From Candidatus Egerieisoma sp. (GTDB lineage: Bacteria > Bacillota > Clostridia > UBA1212 > UBA1255), in the NCBI GenBank assembly GCA_045125595.1, contig JBGVNN010000041.1, positions 31,584-95,583 of the forward strand: 64,000 bases of DNA. The letters are read 5' to 3'. The translations under genes were made by a program, and so were the position numbers. Below, in pieces: positions 28,623 through 37,764 of this stretch. The notes under the pieces are model-generated. The model worked only from the letters and a program-made list of their open reading frames with translations, ran no database searches and was not told where the DNA came from. Each line of letters starts with the position of its first letter. Within the stretch, counting starts at the first letter, position 1.

Positions 28623-29902
28623 CCTGTAATTACTTCTCCGTCTGTGGATACGGGAACCACGGTGCCTGTCATTCCGCGAAGATTCTCGTTTGAATCACAC
28701 ATAAATTCAATAAAGCTATCAGAATGTCCTTTGAGAACACCGTCTTTGTATGTTTCAAAAAGGACATTTGCTTTTTGTCCTGATTTTATAAAATCGTTAA
28801 GCAACTCGTTTTTTATAACAGACTGTATCTCGGCAAGTCTCGAGGCACGGTCTTTTTTTATTTCAGGTGCTATTTGGCAAGGCATTGCAGCAGCTTCGGT
28901 ATCTTCTCTTTGAGAATAAGGAAAAATATGAAGATGCAAGAAACGCACTGTTTCCATAAAATGTACAGTGTCTTGAAAATCTTCCTCTGTTTCTCCCGGA
29001 AAACCGACAATAACATCTGCAAATAAGTTACAACCGGGGAAGGAGTTCTTTAAATATAAAATTCGCTCAAGAGCCTTGTCTGCATTGTATTTTCGTCTCA
29101 TGGCGGCAAGTGTACGGCTTGAACCGCTTTGCAGTGAGATGTGGAAGTGCGGACAAAGTTTCCGTATTTCACGAAGAGCATCAACTACTTCTTTTGATAT
29201 GAAAAACGGATCAAGCGAGCCAAGACGGATTCTTTCAAGTCCGTCTAAAGCGTCCAACTCTTGTAAAAGCTTTATGAAATCGAATTGATACGAAGATATT
29301 TCTATGCCTGTCAGCACCACTTCTTTGCATCCGCCTGCTACAAGTGCGGAAACTTCTTTCAATACATCTTCTCGTGGTTTTGAGCGAACGGGACCGCGTG
29401 CTTTCGGTATAATGCAATATGCACATTTTGAGCTGCAACCGTCCTCGATTTTTATATATGCGCGTGTTCTGTTAAAGTCGTCGATAAAGGCACTTTTTAA
29501 AGTGTCTGAAAATGGCAATACACGGATTTTTGCTTCGCCTTTGTATTCGTTGTAATTGTCGAGTATTTGCTTTGCTACGGAAATTTTATCTTCGTTTCCT
29601 GTTATGAGCGATACACCTGGAATGCGCGCAATGCTTTCCGGCTTTCTCTGAGCAAGACAACCTGTGACAGCAACAAATGCATCGGGATTCTTCTTAATAG
29701 CGCGGCGAATAGTCTTTAAGCCTTTACGGTCGCTGTCGGCTGTAACGGTACAAGTATTAATAATATAAATATCACATACATCATCAAAGTCTTTTATTGA
29801 TACACCCATTGAAGAAAGTGATTCTGCAATAGCTTCGCTTTCATAAAAATTAACTTTGCATCCTAAAGTGTATATAGCCGCCGTAAGTTTTTTTGAATCC
29901 AT
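28595..29902 (-). CDS. mtaB: Radical SAM methylthiotransferase, MtaB-like (tRNA t6A37 methylthiotransferase)
   Basis: N-terminal MTTase domain (YTLGCKVNFYESE), radical SAM CSSKCAYC, C-terminal TRAM-like domain. 435 aa. Confidence 0.75.
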   Translation of the reverse strand: MDSKKLTAAIYTLGCKVNFYESEAIAESLSSMGVSIKDFDDVCDIYIINTCTVTADSDRKGLKTIRRAIKKNPDAFVAVTGCLAQRKPESIARIPGVSLITGNEDKISVAKQILDNYNEYKGEAKIRVLPFSDTLKSAFIDDFNRTRAYIKIEDGCSSKCAYCIIPKARGPVRSKPREDVLKEVSALVAGGCKEVVLTGIEISSYQFDFIKLLQELDALDGLERIRLGSLDPFFISKEVVDALREIRKLCPHFHISLQSGSSRTLAAMRRKYNADKALERILYLKNSFPGCNLFADVIVGFPGETEEDFQDTVHFMETVRFLHLHIFPYSQREDTEAAAMPCQIAPEIKKDRASRLAEIQSVIKNELLNDFIKSGQKANVLFETYKDGVLKGHSDSFIEFMCDSNENLRGMTGTVVPVSTDGEVITGYLMSSSLS

Positions 29903-30039
29903 AATGCTTGTCCTTTTGAATAAAAATTACTTTAAAATTATAGGCAAGGGGGAGAGGATTGTCAATGAGGGTAAAGATGTCATTTGTACGTGGATAAAGA
30001 AAAAATGTTTTAAAGAAATCGAATTAATTAACGAATTTA

Positions 30040-30067
30040 TTGACATGCTTTTGTTTGCGTGTATAAT
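30040..30067 (+). promoter_or_regulatory. Sigma-A-type promoter of surface protein gene 30107..31489
   Basis: TTGACA, 16-nt spacer, TATAAT. Confidence 0.5.
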
Positions 30068-30106
30068 AAAATTATGGTAAAAATGAATTATAGGGAGGCG
30101 TATGTT

Positions 30107-31489
30107 ATGAAAAAAACAGTGCTGGGTTTCTTTGTTGTTTTGGCTTTATTGGTTAATTCGTTGCTTGTTTTCTCGGTTTTAGCTGAAGAAAACGAGGAGT
30201 TTAAAACTTTAAATGTGACAATAGATGTGGATTATCACGACCATGGACGTTTTGATGCAGAGGACTTTCCTGAACTTGAATTGGAAGCACTTTATTTGAT
30301 ATCTGACTACGAATGGCACTTTACAGATTTCCGTACGAGCGAAGTAAGATATTTATTTATATTAAAAAATTATATTACAACAGATGAAATGAAGAATTTT
30401 GCAGAGAATAATCCTTATGTTGAAGCAGCTTTTCCGGGATATACGGAGCCTTTTGAAGGCACGCTTAGCATAAACGTTCCGAATGATAAGATTACAATGA
30501 AAGTAGGGGAACAATTAGATTTAGAAGTTACTGAAGCAAAAGGATATGCACCTGCTTTTTCTTTTTCGTTTGTCCAAGTACGAATTGATGACTATGATGA
30601 GACGTATACATACGAACCGAATGACTTTCCGCAAGTTGCACTTTCTAAAGTAGAGCATATAGGAAATGGTGAGTTTTATTTATATATAGAAGAACCGAGC
30701 TTTTGGAATATTATAAAAGCAGCGGATGCCCTTTCGATAGATGGTAAATGTTCGGATGTTACGTTGATGACTTTAAATTATCCTACTTCAATCGAGATTG
30801 TTTGGTCTGTTGAAAACAGTAACATTGCTTGCTTTGGCAGTGGTGAAAATATATATGAGGGCTTTGAAACGAAATTAAAAGCATTCAAAGAAGGTAAAAC
30901 TTCTTTGAATGTAAAATATAATAACCAAGGCGAGTATGCAGAAAAGACATTTGAGGTTGAAATTTTCCCGGGGGATGAAAAAGATAAGAAACCTGTTGAT
31001 AATGAAGAAAAAAAGATTTGCAACGCAACATTAGAGGATGATTTTGCAGATGATTGTGTACTTGTTGTGATGAAAAAAGCTTACAGTGAAGTTGGTAAAA
31101 AGTATACTGTTGATGATTTTTCGGAAATTGAATGCACGGCTGTTAGAAATTTGTATTATGGTAGCAGTCATGAAAACAATCCCTTGTTAAACAAAGATGA
31201 TTTTCATCAAATTTTGAAACTTGAACTGAAAATTAAAGGGAAAAAACAAGTTTTGGATGCAATTAAAATTCTGGAACAGCGCGAAGATATATTGTTGGCA
31301 GAACCTGATTATCATATTACCGTTGAACCGGGTATTGATGAAGTTGAACCAACTGCTACGAGTACGCCTTCTAAAGTAACTTCTCCTGAAGCAGACGACA
31401 ATAATACAATACTTTGGATTTCTGTCATATCTGGTGTGGTGATTGTTGCGGCAGTGGTTGTTATTGTGACAGTCAAAAAGAAAAAATGA
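30107..31489 (+). CDS. Cell-surface protein, hypothetical (signal peptide, C-terminal TM anchor with KKKK stop-transfer)
   Basis: Signal peptide MKKTVLGFFVVLALL. C-terminal hydrophobic helix plus a KKKK tail. RBS GGGAGG 8 nt upstream of ATG 30107. Confidence 0.65.
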   Translation: MKKTVLGFFVVLALLVNSLLVFSVLAEENEEFKTLNVTIDVDYHDHGRFDAEDFPELELEALYLISDYEWHFTDFRTSEVRYLFILKNYITTDEMKNFAENNPYVEAAFPGYTEPFEGTLSINVPNDKITMKVGEQLDLEVTEAKGYAPAFSFSFVQVRIDDYDETYTYEPNDFPQVALSKVEHIGNGEFYLYIEEPSFWNIIKAADALSIDGKCSDVTLMTLNYPTSIEIVWSVENSNIACFGSGENIYEGFETKLKAFKEGKTSLNVKYNNQGEYAEKTFEVEIFPGDEKDKKPVDNEEKKICNATLEDDFADDCVLVVMKKAYSEVGKKYTVDDFSEIECTAVRNLYYGSSHENNPLLNKDDFHQILKLELKIKGKKQVLDAIKILEQREDILLAEPDYHITVEPGIDEVEPTATSTPSKVTSPEADDNNTILWISVISGVVIVAAVVVIVTVKKKK

Positions 31490-31508
31490 AATGAGTTGAA
31501 GCGTTCTG

Positions 31509-31675
31509 CTTTTCTGTACAAAATATGCGTTTCTGTGGGAGAAAAAAGAAAATTTTCTCCCCAAAACAGGCGTTGTTTGTGAGAAAACGCCACTTCAAGG
31601 CATTTTAAAGCTGTTTCGGACGACTTCAAGAGACTTTTTCTCTAACAAATCAGGCTTTTTGTGGGAGAAATTTTA
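31509..31675 (-). repeat. Small intergenic repeat element, copy B (inverted orientation relative to copy A)
   Basis: The reverse complement aligns over ~165 bp with 5590-5753. The spurious ORFs 5633..5815 (+) and 31312..31629 (-) give similar translations, consistent with this. Confidence 0.8.
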
Positions 31676-31778
31676 TTCATACATATTTATTACCTCGTTA
31701 AGATGCTTTAATTGACATCAAAAATAAAAGCTATTATACTGTGATTGTTATTTTTGAACTAATAGGAGCCAAAAGCAG

Positions 31779-32525
31779 ATGGGGTTGGAGAAAAATAATA
31801 AAAAGATAAAAGGTATACCTTTGGTAATGTTGATTTTTGCATTACTTGGTATAGTTATTACACTTCAAATCAAATCTGTTGCAAAAATAAATAAGACTAA
31901 GAGCGATAATGTGTCAGCTGAAATAAAGCAATATGAAGATACCATAAGAGCATTGGAAGCTGATATCGCAGAGGGCAAAGATAAAAAAGATTCGCTGAAA
32001 AGCAGATATAATTCAGAAATGACATATTTGTACAACAATGAGAAAGAATTTTATGAATTATATAAAAAGTATGAAACAGATATAGAAGAACATAGGTTTT
32101 CTGCAGGATTGGTTACAGTATCGGGGCCGGGAATAGATATAGGACTCGATGATGCACCTGTAAGATATGAGTCGGTAGCAGGACTGCTTGTTCACGATAT
32201 ATACTTAAACGAGATAGTAAATACATTAAGAGAAGCAGGCGCGCAAGCTATTGCGATAAACGGCGAGCGAATAGTGCCTATGTCAGAGATGCTTTGTATG
32301 GGGCCAAGTATAAGAGTTAATAACAAAAAGTTGTTTGCTCCGTATCATATAGAAGCCATAGGCGATTCACAAAAAATGCTCGCAGCATTTAAAAGCAGCT
32401 CTATTTATGCACTTATGATAAAAGAAAATCTTATTGTGGATCCTGTTGTTAAAGACAATATTGTGATAAAAAAATATAACAAATCGTATTTGTCATCTGT
32501 AGATTTGTTGAGTGAATGCGAGTAA
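31779..32525 (+). CDS. DUF881-family membrane-anchored protein (YlxW/YlxX-like), paralog 1
   Basis: N-terminal TM, coiled-coil region, and a C-terminal domain with the SGPGIDIGLDD pattern typical of DUF881. Confidence 0.65.
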   Translation: MGLEKNNKKIKGIPLVMLIFALLGIVITLQIKSVAKINKTKSDNVSAEIKQYEDTIRALEADIAEGKDKKDSLKSRYNSEMTYLYNNEKEFYELYKKYETDIEEHRFSAGLVTVSGPGIDIGLDDAPVRYESVAGLLVHDIYLNEIVNTLREAGAQAIAINGERIVPMSEMLCMGPSIRVNNKKLFAPYHIEAIGDSQKMLAAFKSSSIYALMIKENLIVDPVVKDNIVIKKYNKSYLSSVDLLSECE

Positions 32526-32535
32526 GGGGATAAAA

Positions 32536-33255
32536 ATGGCAGATAAGAAAAAGAGTAAAACAATTATTTATAATATAACGATAACGATAGTATGTATTGC
32601 ACTTGGCGTGATTATTTCAATTCAATACAGAAGTCTCAGTGCGTCGGGAAGTGTTTCTTCGGATGCAGAAAAAATATCTAAATATCAAGCCAATATTCTT
32701 AAGCTTGAGCAAGAACTCGATACTGTTGAAACAGAGAATAAAGAACTTGAAGAAAAAGTTAAACTCCTTGAAAGTGCTACGAATGAAGAACAGATACAAA
32801 AATTAGAAGAAGAATTAAGTAATATTAAGATGTTTTCAGGAGCAGCTAAAGTTGAAGGAGAGGGTTTGTATATAAATATCGCTCTTAACAGGGAGATTCT
32901 CTCGGCAACACTTCAACGCCATCTTCTCAGTTTAATAAACGAATTAAAAGCAAGCTCGGCACAAGCAATTTCCGTAAACGGAGAGAGACTTACGGCAATG
33001 TCAGAGATAAGAATTGTAGGCGAGTATGTGGTAATAAACGGCAGACAGCATTCCGCACCGTTTGAAATATATGCCATAGGTGAGCCGGAAAAGTTATACA
33101 GCGGAGTTTATTTGAATGGGTCAGGACCTTTGGCAGTAATTGACAAAGAAAAAGCTTGTGATGTTACCTGGAACATGAAAGAAAAAATAGTTATGGAGGC
33201 TTGCAATCCACTTGATATTTTGACTGATATGTTAAAAAATGCAGAGACGAAGTAA
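32536..33255 (+). CDS. DUF881-family membrane-anchored protein, paralog 2
   Basis: Same architecture as the preceding gene. RBS AAGGGGA upstream of ATG 32536. Confidence 0.65.
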   Translation: MADKKKSKTIIYNITITIVCIALGVIISIQYRSLSASGSVSSDAEKISKYQANILKLEQELDTVETENKELEEKVKLLESATNEEQIQKLEEELSNIKMFSGAAKVEGEGLYINIALNREILSATLQRHLLSLINELKASSAQAISVNGERLTAMSEIRIVGEYVVINGRQHSAPFEIYAIGEPEKLYSGVYLNGSGPLAVIDKEKACDVTWNMKEKIVMEACNPLDILTDMLKNAETK

Positions 33256-33280
33256 ACAAGCGTAATACAGCGTCATAAAC

Positions 33281-33338
33281 AGCGGTATTTCCGAATAGAT
33301 ATTGTAAAGACAATATTGAAAGGAAGTGCCGCTTTTTT
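33281..33338 (+). terminator. Terminator-like 12-bp hairpin with nested palindrome, T-run abutting the pdaB-like start
   Basis: Stem AGCGGTATTTCC/GGAAGTGCCGCT with two G-U pairs. The inner palindrome is ATATTGT...ACAATAT. TTTTTT precedes ATG 33339. Confidence 0.5.
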
Positions 33339-34169
33339 ATGCGCTTAAAAATATTTATTGCTATGCCGGTGTTGTTGTTAATGCTGCTTTTGGCTTATCC
33401 GTTACTTAAAGTTTCATATAACATAAATAATAACAGTGAGGATAATTATTCTGTAGAGATAGTTCAGACGGCAACTACGGCAGATAAATCGATTTGCCGT
33501 TGGGGTTTATCAAGAGGTAAAAACGGTTCGACTCCCGAAGCGGGCAGAGCAGAGGTTGAGATATTACATAAGGGCGGTGGCTTGTTTTTGGGCGATGTCA
33601 ATGAAAATAAAATGTATTTGACATTTGACGAAGGCTACGAAAACGGTTACACCGAAGACATTCTTGATACATTAAAAGAAGAAAATGTCAAAGCTATATT
33701 TTTTATCACTGGAGACTATTTTGAGCAAAACGATGCCATTATACGCAGAATGCTCGAAGAAGGACACAGCGTAGGAAATCACTCTATGAATCACTACTCT
33801 ATGCCTGAACTTAGTTATGATAAGTGTGAAAACGAAATATTGGAGCTCGACAGATTGTTTTTTGATAAATTCGGCAGACATATGCACTTTTTCAGACCGC
33901 CTAAAGGCGAATATAACAGCTCAGTGCTTGAAATAGCCTGTAAATTAAATTACAAGTGCATAATGTGGAGCTTTGCATATCAAGATTGGCTCACAGATAA
34001 GCAAAAAGGCGCAGATTGGGCACTTAAAATGGTAAGCGATAATTTTCATAACGGTGCTGTGATATTACTTCATGCCGTATCAAAAGACAATGCGGAAGCA
34101 CTTGGCAGTATAATACGAGAAGCACGAAAGCAAGGCTATGAGTTTGGTTCGCCGGAGGATTTGTTATGA
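33339..34169 (+). CDS. Polysaccharide deacetylase family (NodB domain) sporulation protein, PdaB-like
   Basis: NodB motifs TFDEGY..., HSxxH (GNHSMNH), and an LLH region. Located next to yqfC/yqfD. Confidence 0.7.
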   Translation: MRLKIFIAMPVLLLMLLLAYPLLKVSYNINNNSEDNYSVEIVQTATTADKSICRWGLSRGKNGSTPEAGRAEVEILHKGGGLFLGDVNENKMYLTFDEGYENGYTEDILDTLKEENVKAIFFITGDYFEQNDAIIRRMLEEGHSVGNHSMNHYSMPELSYDKCENEILELDRLFFDKFGRHMHFFRPPKGEYNSSVLEIACKLNYKCIMWSFAYQDWLTDKQKGADWALKMVSDNFHNGAVILLHAVSKDNAEALGSIIREARKQGYEFGSPEDLL

Positions 34170-34372
34170 ATATACCCTCGATAAGACTTTACGGCAGACG
34201 AAAAGTACAGATATTGACTCATAAGGGTCTCTGTTCATGCAGTGACAGACATATTGATGTTTTCAGTGTTGCCGGCATTATTTGTATTTGCGGCAAACAG
34301 CTTGAGGTTGCGGAAATTAACGATGAATATTTATGCATAAAAGGTGTAATCGAAAGTATAACGTATAAATAA
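34166..34372 (+). CDS. yqfC: Sporulation protein YqfC (YabP family)
   Basis: 68-aa YabP-family pattern (LYGRRKVQILTHKGL...ICGKQLEVAEIN...IKGVIESITY). Immediately upstream of yqfD. Confidence 0.7.
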   Translation: MNIPSIRLYGRRKVQILTHKGLCSCSDRHIDVFSVAGIICICGKQLEVAEINDEYLCIKGVIESITYK

Positions 34373-34387
34373 TAAACGGGAGCAAAA

Positions 34388-35575
34388 ATGTATAAAGTAT
34401 TAAGTTATATTCAAAATTATGTACAGATAAGAATAACAGGGGAAAGACCGCAGAAATTCATAAACATATGTCTCAGAAGAAGAATAGCGGTATGGGATTT
34501 GACGCGAGTCTCAGAAAAAGAGTTTACAATGTGCTTGCTTGCAGATGATTTTCGCAAAAACATTCGCAGCGCCGCAGCAAAGTCAGGAGTAAAGGTACAA
34601 ATTATTGCAAAAAAAGGAATTCTTTACACACTACGGAAATATAAGTCGCGCAAAATTTTGGCTGTTCTCTCTTTGCTGCTTTGTGCTTTGTTTGTACTTG
34701 CTACATCTACAGTATGGGAGATTAATGTTTGCGGAGCAGATGAATTTTCAAGACAAAATACATTAAAATTGGTGTCTGATTTAGGTGTCAAAAGAGGAAT
34801 GTTTATGTCGAATATACATGCGAGAGCTTTGGCGGAGGAGCTTTTGGTAAAACAGGATAATTTGTGTTGGGTTGGAGTTAAAAAGAAGGGAATGACACTT
34901 TCTATTGAAATAGTGCAAGGCGTGCACTACGAAAGCAAAAAGAGCGACCAAGTTTCCGTAGAGGAAGCGTGCGACATAGCAGTGGCGAAGGATTGTTTGC
35001 TTCAAAAGGTGACGGTGGAGCAGGGCAGACAGGTGGTGGAAACGGGCAACACGGCTTTGAAAGGACAGGTAGTAGTCGTGGGCGAGGGGAAACACGCCAA
35101 AGCGCAGATAATGGGCATCGTGTGGTACAAGGCAGAGGCTTTAATAGAAAAAGAAGTGGAAATGCTTAACTATACCGGAAAAGAGAAAACGGTGAAATCG
35201 CTGTTGTTTTTTGATTTTAAAATTGAGCCGCCTGCGTGGAAGTGGCTGCCGTGGAATTGGGGAACAAAAGAATTTGAAAGTTACGACAGCGTTTATACGG
35301 AGAAGTATTTGGGAGGCGAAGCAAAACTGCCTTTTGGCACATCGAAATTGGTGAAAAGGGAGACTGTTTGGGAGACTGTAAAGCTTTCTGAAGAGGAGGC
35401 GGTATTGAGAGCGGCGCTCAAAGCGGAGGGTGCGTTGGATATGTCGATTCCGGATGATGGGCAGGTTTTAAGTACAAAGAGCTCCGTTGTTGAGAAATCA
35501 GGAAAAAAATATTATTGCATAACAGCTGAGGTTTTAGAGGATGTGGGGGTAACGGTTGCGACAGAAAATAATTGA
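34388..35575 (+). CDS. yqfD: Sporulation protein YqfD (putative stage IV sporulation protein)
   Basis: 395 aa. The N-terminal pattern GYVQIRITGERPQKFINICLRRRIAVWDL, an internal TM segment and the yqfC adjacency match YqfD. Confidence 0.75.
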   Translation: MYKVLSYIQNYVQIRITGERPQKFINICLRRRIAVWDLTRVSEKEFTMCLLADDFRKNIRSAAAKSGVKVQIIAKKGILYTLRKYKSRKILAVLSLLLCALFVLATSTVWEINVCGADEFSRQNTLKLVSDLGVKRGMFMSNIHARALAEELLVKQDNLCWVGVKKKGMTLSIEIVQGVHYESKKSDQVSVEEACDIAVAKDCLLQKVTVEQGRQVVETGNTALKGQVVVVGEGKHAKAQIMGIVWYKAEALIEKEVEMLNYTGKEKTVKSLLFFDFKIEPPAWKWLPWNWGTKEFESYDSVYTEKYLGGEAKLPFGTSKLVKRETVWETVKLSEEEAVLRAALKAEGALDMSIPDDGQVLSTKSSVVEKSGKKYYCITAEVLEDVGVTVATENN

Positions 35576-35600
35576 CATATAACTATGCTCGTGATAAAAT
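35572..35600 (+). promoter_or_regulatory. Sigma-A-type promoter of the EF-G paralog
   Basis: TTGACA, 17-nt spacer, TAAAAT, immediately after the yqfD stop. Confidence 0.5.
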
Positions 35601-35673
35601 TTATCCATTGTTAAGAACGCGAAAATTTAATATTGTTTAAGAAAATTTAAATATATTTTTGGGAGGAATGTAT

Positions 35674-37743
35674 ATGAAAAGTTCTGATTTAAGAAACGTG
35701 GTACTTTTAGGACACGGTGGCATGGGTAAAACATCACTTGCAGAGGCGATGTTGTATAATGCGGGCGCAATAGACCGCTTGGGAAGAGTAAGCGACGGTA
35801 ATACTGTTCTTGACTGCGACCCTGAAGAAGTTAAAAGAAAAGCTTCCGTAAGCCTTGCTACAGCTCCTTTTGATTGGAGAGGTTCTACAGTTAATATTAT
35901 AGATACACCGGGATATTTCGACTTTGCAGGAGAAATGTTAGAAGCTGTTTCAGTAGTTGATTCTGCTGTAATTGTTGTTTCTTCTACCATGACGGTAGGT
36001 ACAGAGAAAGCTTGGGAATTTGCAAGCAACAGAAATATACCGAGAGTTATTTTCGTTAATAAGATGCATGATGAAAATGCAGATTTTGATAAGATTTATG
36101 CTGAGCTTAAAGAAATGCTCGGCAAACCGTGTGTGGCACTTCAACTTCCTATAAGGAAAAACGGTAAATTGGTTGGTGTTGTAGACGGTATTACTTTGCA
36201 GGCGAGAATGTTCGACCAATTCGGTAACCTTGTAGACGGTGAGCTTCCCGAAGATATGGTTGAAAAGGCAGAGGCAATTCATTTGAATTTGTCTGAGATA
36301 GTTGCTGAGACTGACAATGAGCTTATGGAGAAATTCTTCGGCGGTGAAAGATTTACAAGAGAAGAAATAATAAAGGGTCTTAAAGTTGCGATTAATAATT
36401 GTACTTGCGCACCGGTGCTTTTGGGTTCTTCTTACGAGAACATAGGTATCAGAAAACTTATGGACTTTATAGTTGATTATATGCCTTCTCCGCTTGAAAG
36501 AACAATATTGGATTATACAGATGCAGACGGCAATCCTCAACAGATGAAGCCTGATCCGGATGGACATCCTACTTTGTTTGTATATAAAACTATTGCTGAC
36601 CCGTTTGTTGGCCGTTTGTCACTCTTTAGAGTTTGTTCGGGAACTATGAAACCCGATACTATAATGTTTAATGCTAATAAAGGCGTAGACGAGAAAATAG
36701 GACAGATTTTCGTATTAAGAGGCAGAAAGCAAATTCCCGTTAAAGAGCTTGTTTGCGGTGACTTGGGCGCAGTAGCAAAGTTGAGCGTTACTTCGACAAA
36801 TGATACTTTGGGTTCAAAAACTCGTCCTATAATTATAGCAGCAACACCGTTCCCTGAGCCGCAACTCACTTTGGGCATCGTGCCTAAGGCAAGAGGTGAT
36901 GAAGAGAAAATCAGTGCCGGTATTGCAAAATTGAGAGATGAAGACCCGGTTATTAAATTTGAAACAAACAAAGAGACAGGACAAATGCTCGTTTCCGGTC
37001 TCGGAGACCAACATATAGATACGATAGTAAGTAAACTTAAAACAAGATATGGCGTTTCAGTAGAACTCGAAGACCCGATTATTCCGTACAGAGAAACAAT
37101 CAGAAAGAAAGTATCTGCAGAGGGTCTTCACAAGAAGCAGTCAGGCGGTGCAGGACAGTACGGTAAAGTTGTTATCGAATTCGAACCCGGAGAGAAAACA
37201 GAATTGGAATTCTGCGAGAAAGTTTTCGGCGGTGCAGTACCGAAGCAATTCTTCCCGTCCGTTGAGAAAGGCCTCCAAGAGAGCGTTAAGAAAGGCGTAC
37301 TTGCAGGTTGTCCTGTAGTTAATCTTAAAGCAACACTTGTTGATGGTAAATATCACCCTGTTGATTCAAAAGAAGTTGCTTTCGTTTCGGCGGCAAAGAT
37401 TGCTTTCAAAGAAGGCATGAAACAAGCAAGCCCCGTATTGCTCGAACCTGTTCTCAGCGTAAATGTTTATGTGCCTGAGAGATACATGGGAGATATTATA
37501 GGTGATATGAATAAGCGCCGTGGCCGTGTACTCGGTATGAATCCTTTGGAGAACGGTATGCAGGAAATTGTTGCTGAGGCTCCTTATTCGGAAATGCTTA
37601 AGTACGCTACAGACCTTCGTGCTATGACGCAGGCAAGAGGTACATTTAAGACTGAATTTGCAAGATATGAAGATGTTCCTGATAATATTGCTAAGAAGGT
37701 TATCGAAGAAGCTAAAAAGAACTTGAGTGATGATGAGGATTGA
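35674..37743 (+). CDS. EF-G-family translational GTPase paralog (EF-G2-like)
   Basis: G1 GHGGMGKT, G3 DTPGYFDF, G4 NKMD. Five-domain length (690 aa) but divergent from canonical FusA. RBS GGGAGG upstream of ATG 35674. Confidence 0.75.
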   Translation: MKSSDLRNVVLLGHGGMGKTSLAEAMLYNAGAIDRLGRVSDGNTVLDCDPEEVKRKASVSLATAPFDWRGSTVNIIDTPGYFDFAGEMLEAVSVVDSAVIVVSSTMTVGTEKAWEFASNRNIPRVIFVNKMHDENADFDKIYAELKEMLGKPCVALQLPIRKNGKLVGVVDGITLQARMFDQFGNLVDGELPEDMVEKAEAIHLNLSEIVAETDNELMEKFFGGERFTREEIIKGLKVAINNCTCAPVLLGSSYENIGIRKLMDFIVDYMPSPLERTILDYTDADGNPQQMKPDPDGHPTLFVYKTIADPFVGRLSLFRVCSGTMKPDTIMFNANKGVDEKIGQIFVLRGRKQIPVKELVCGDLGAVAKLSVTSTNDTLGSKTRPIIIAATPFPEPQLTLGIVPKARGDEEKISAGIAKLRDEDPVIKFETNKETGQMLVSGLGDQHIDTIVSKLKTRYGVSVELEDPIIPYRETIRKKVSAEGLHKKQSGGAGQYGKVVIEFEPGEKTELEFCEKVFGGAVPKQFFPSVEKGLQESVKKGVLAGCPVVNLKATLVDGKYHPVDSKEVAFVSAAKIAFKEGMKQASPVLLEPVLSVNVYVPERYMGDIIGDMNKRRGRVLGMNPLENGMQEIVAEAPYSEMLKYATDLRAMTQARGTFKTEFARYEDVPDNIAKKVIEEAKKNLSDDED

Positions 37744-37764
37744 TGTATTAAAAGATTAAAAATA

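Noticed and set aside
5590-31675. Composite transposon or genomic island bounded by the inverted repeats.
   Set aside because: The interior encodes core genes (recR, prfA, thi operon, spoIVA, hisS) and no transposase or integrase. The repeats are better explained as dispersed small elements.
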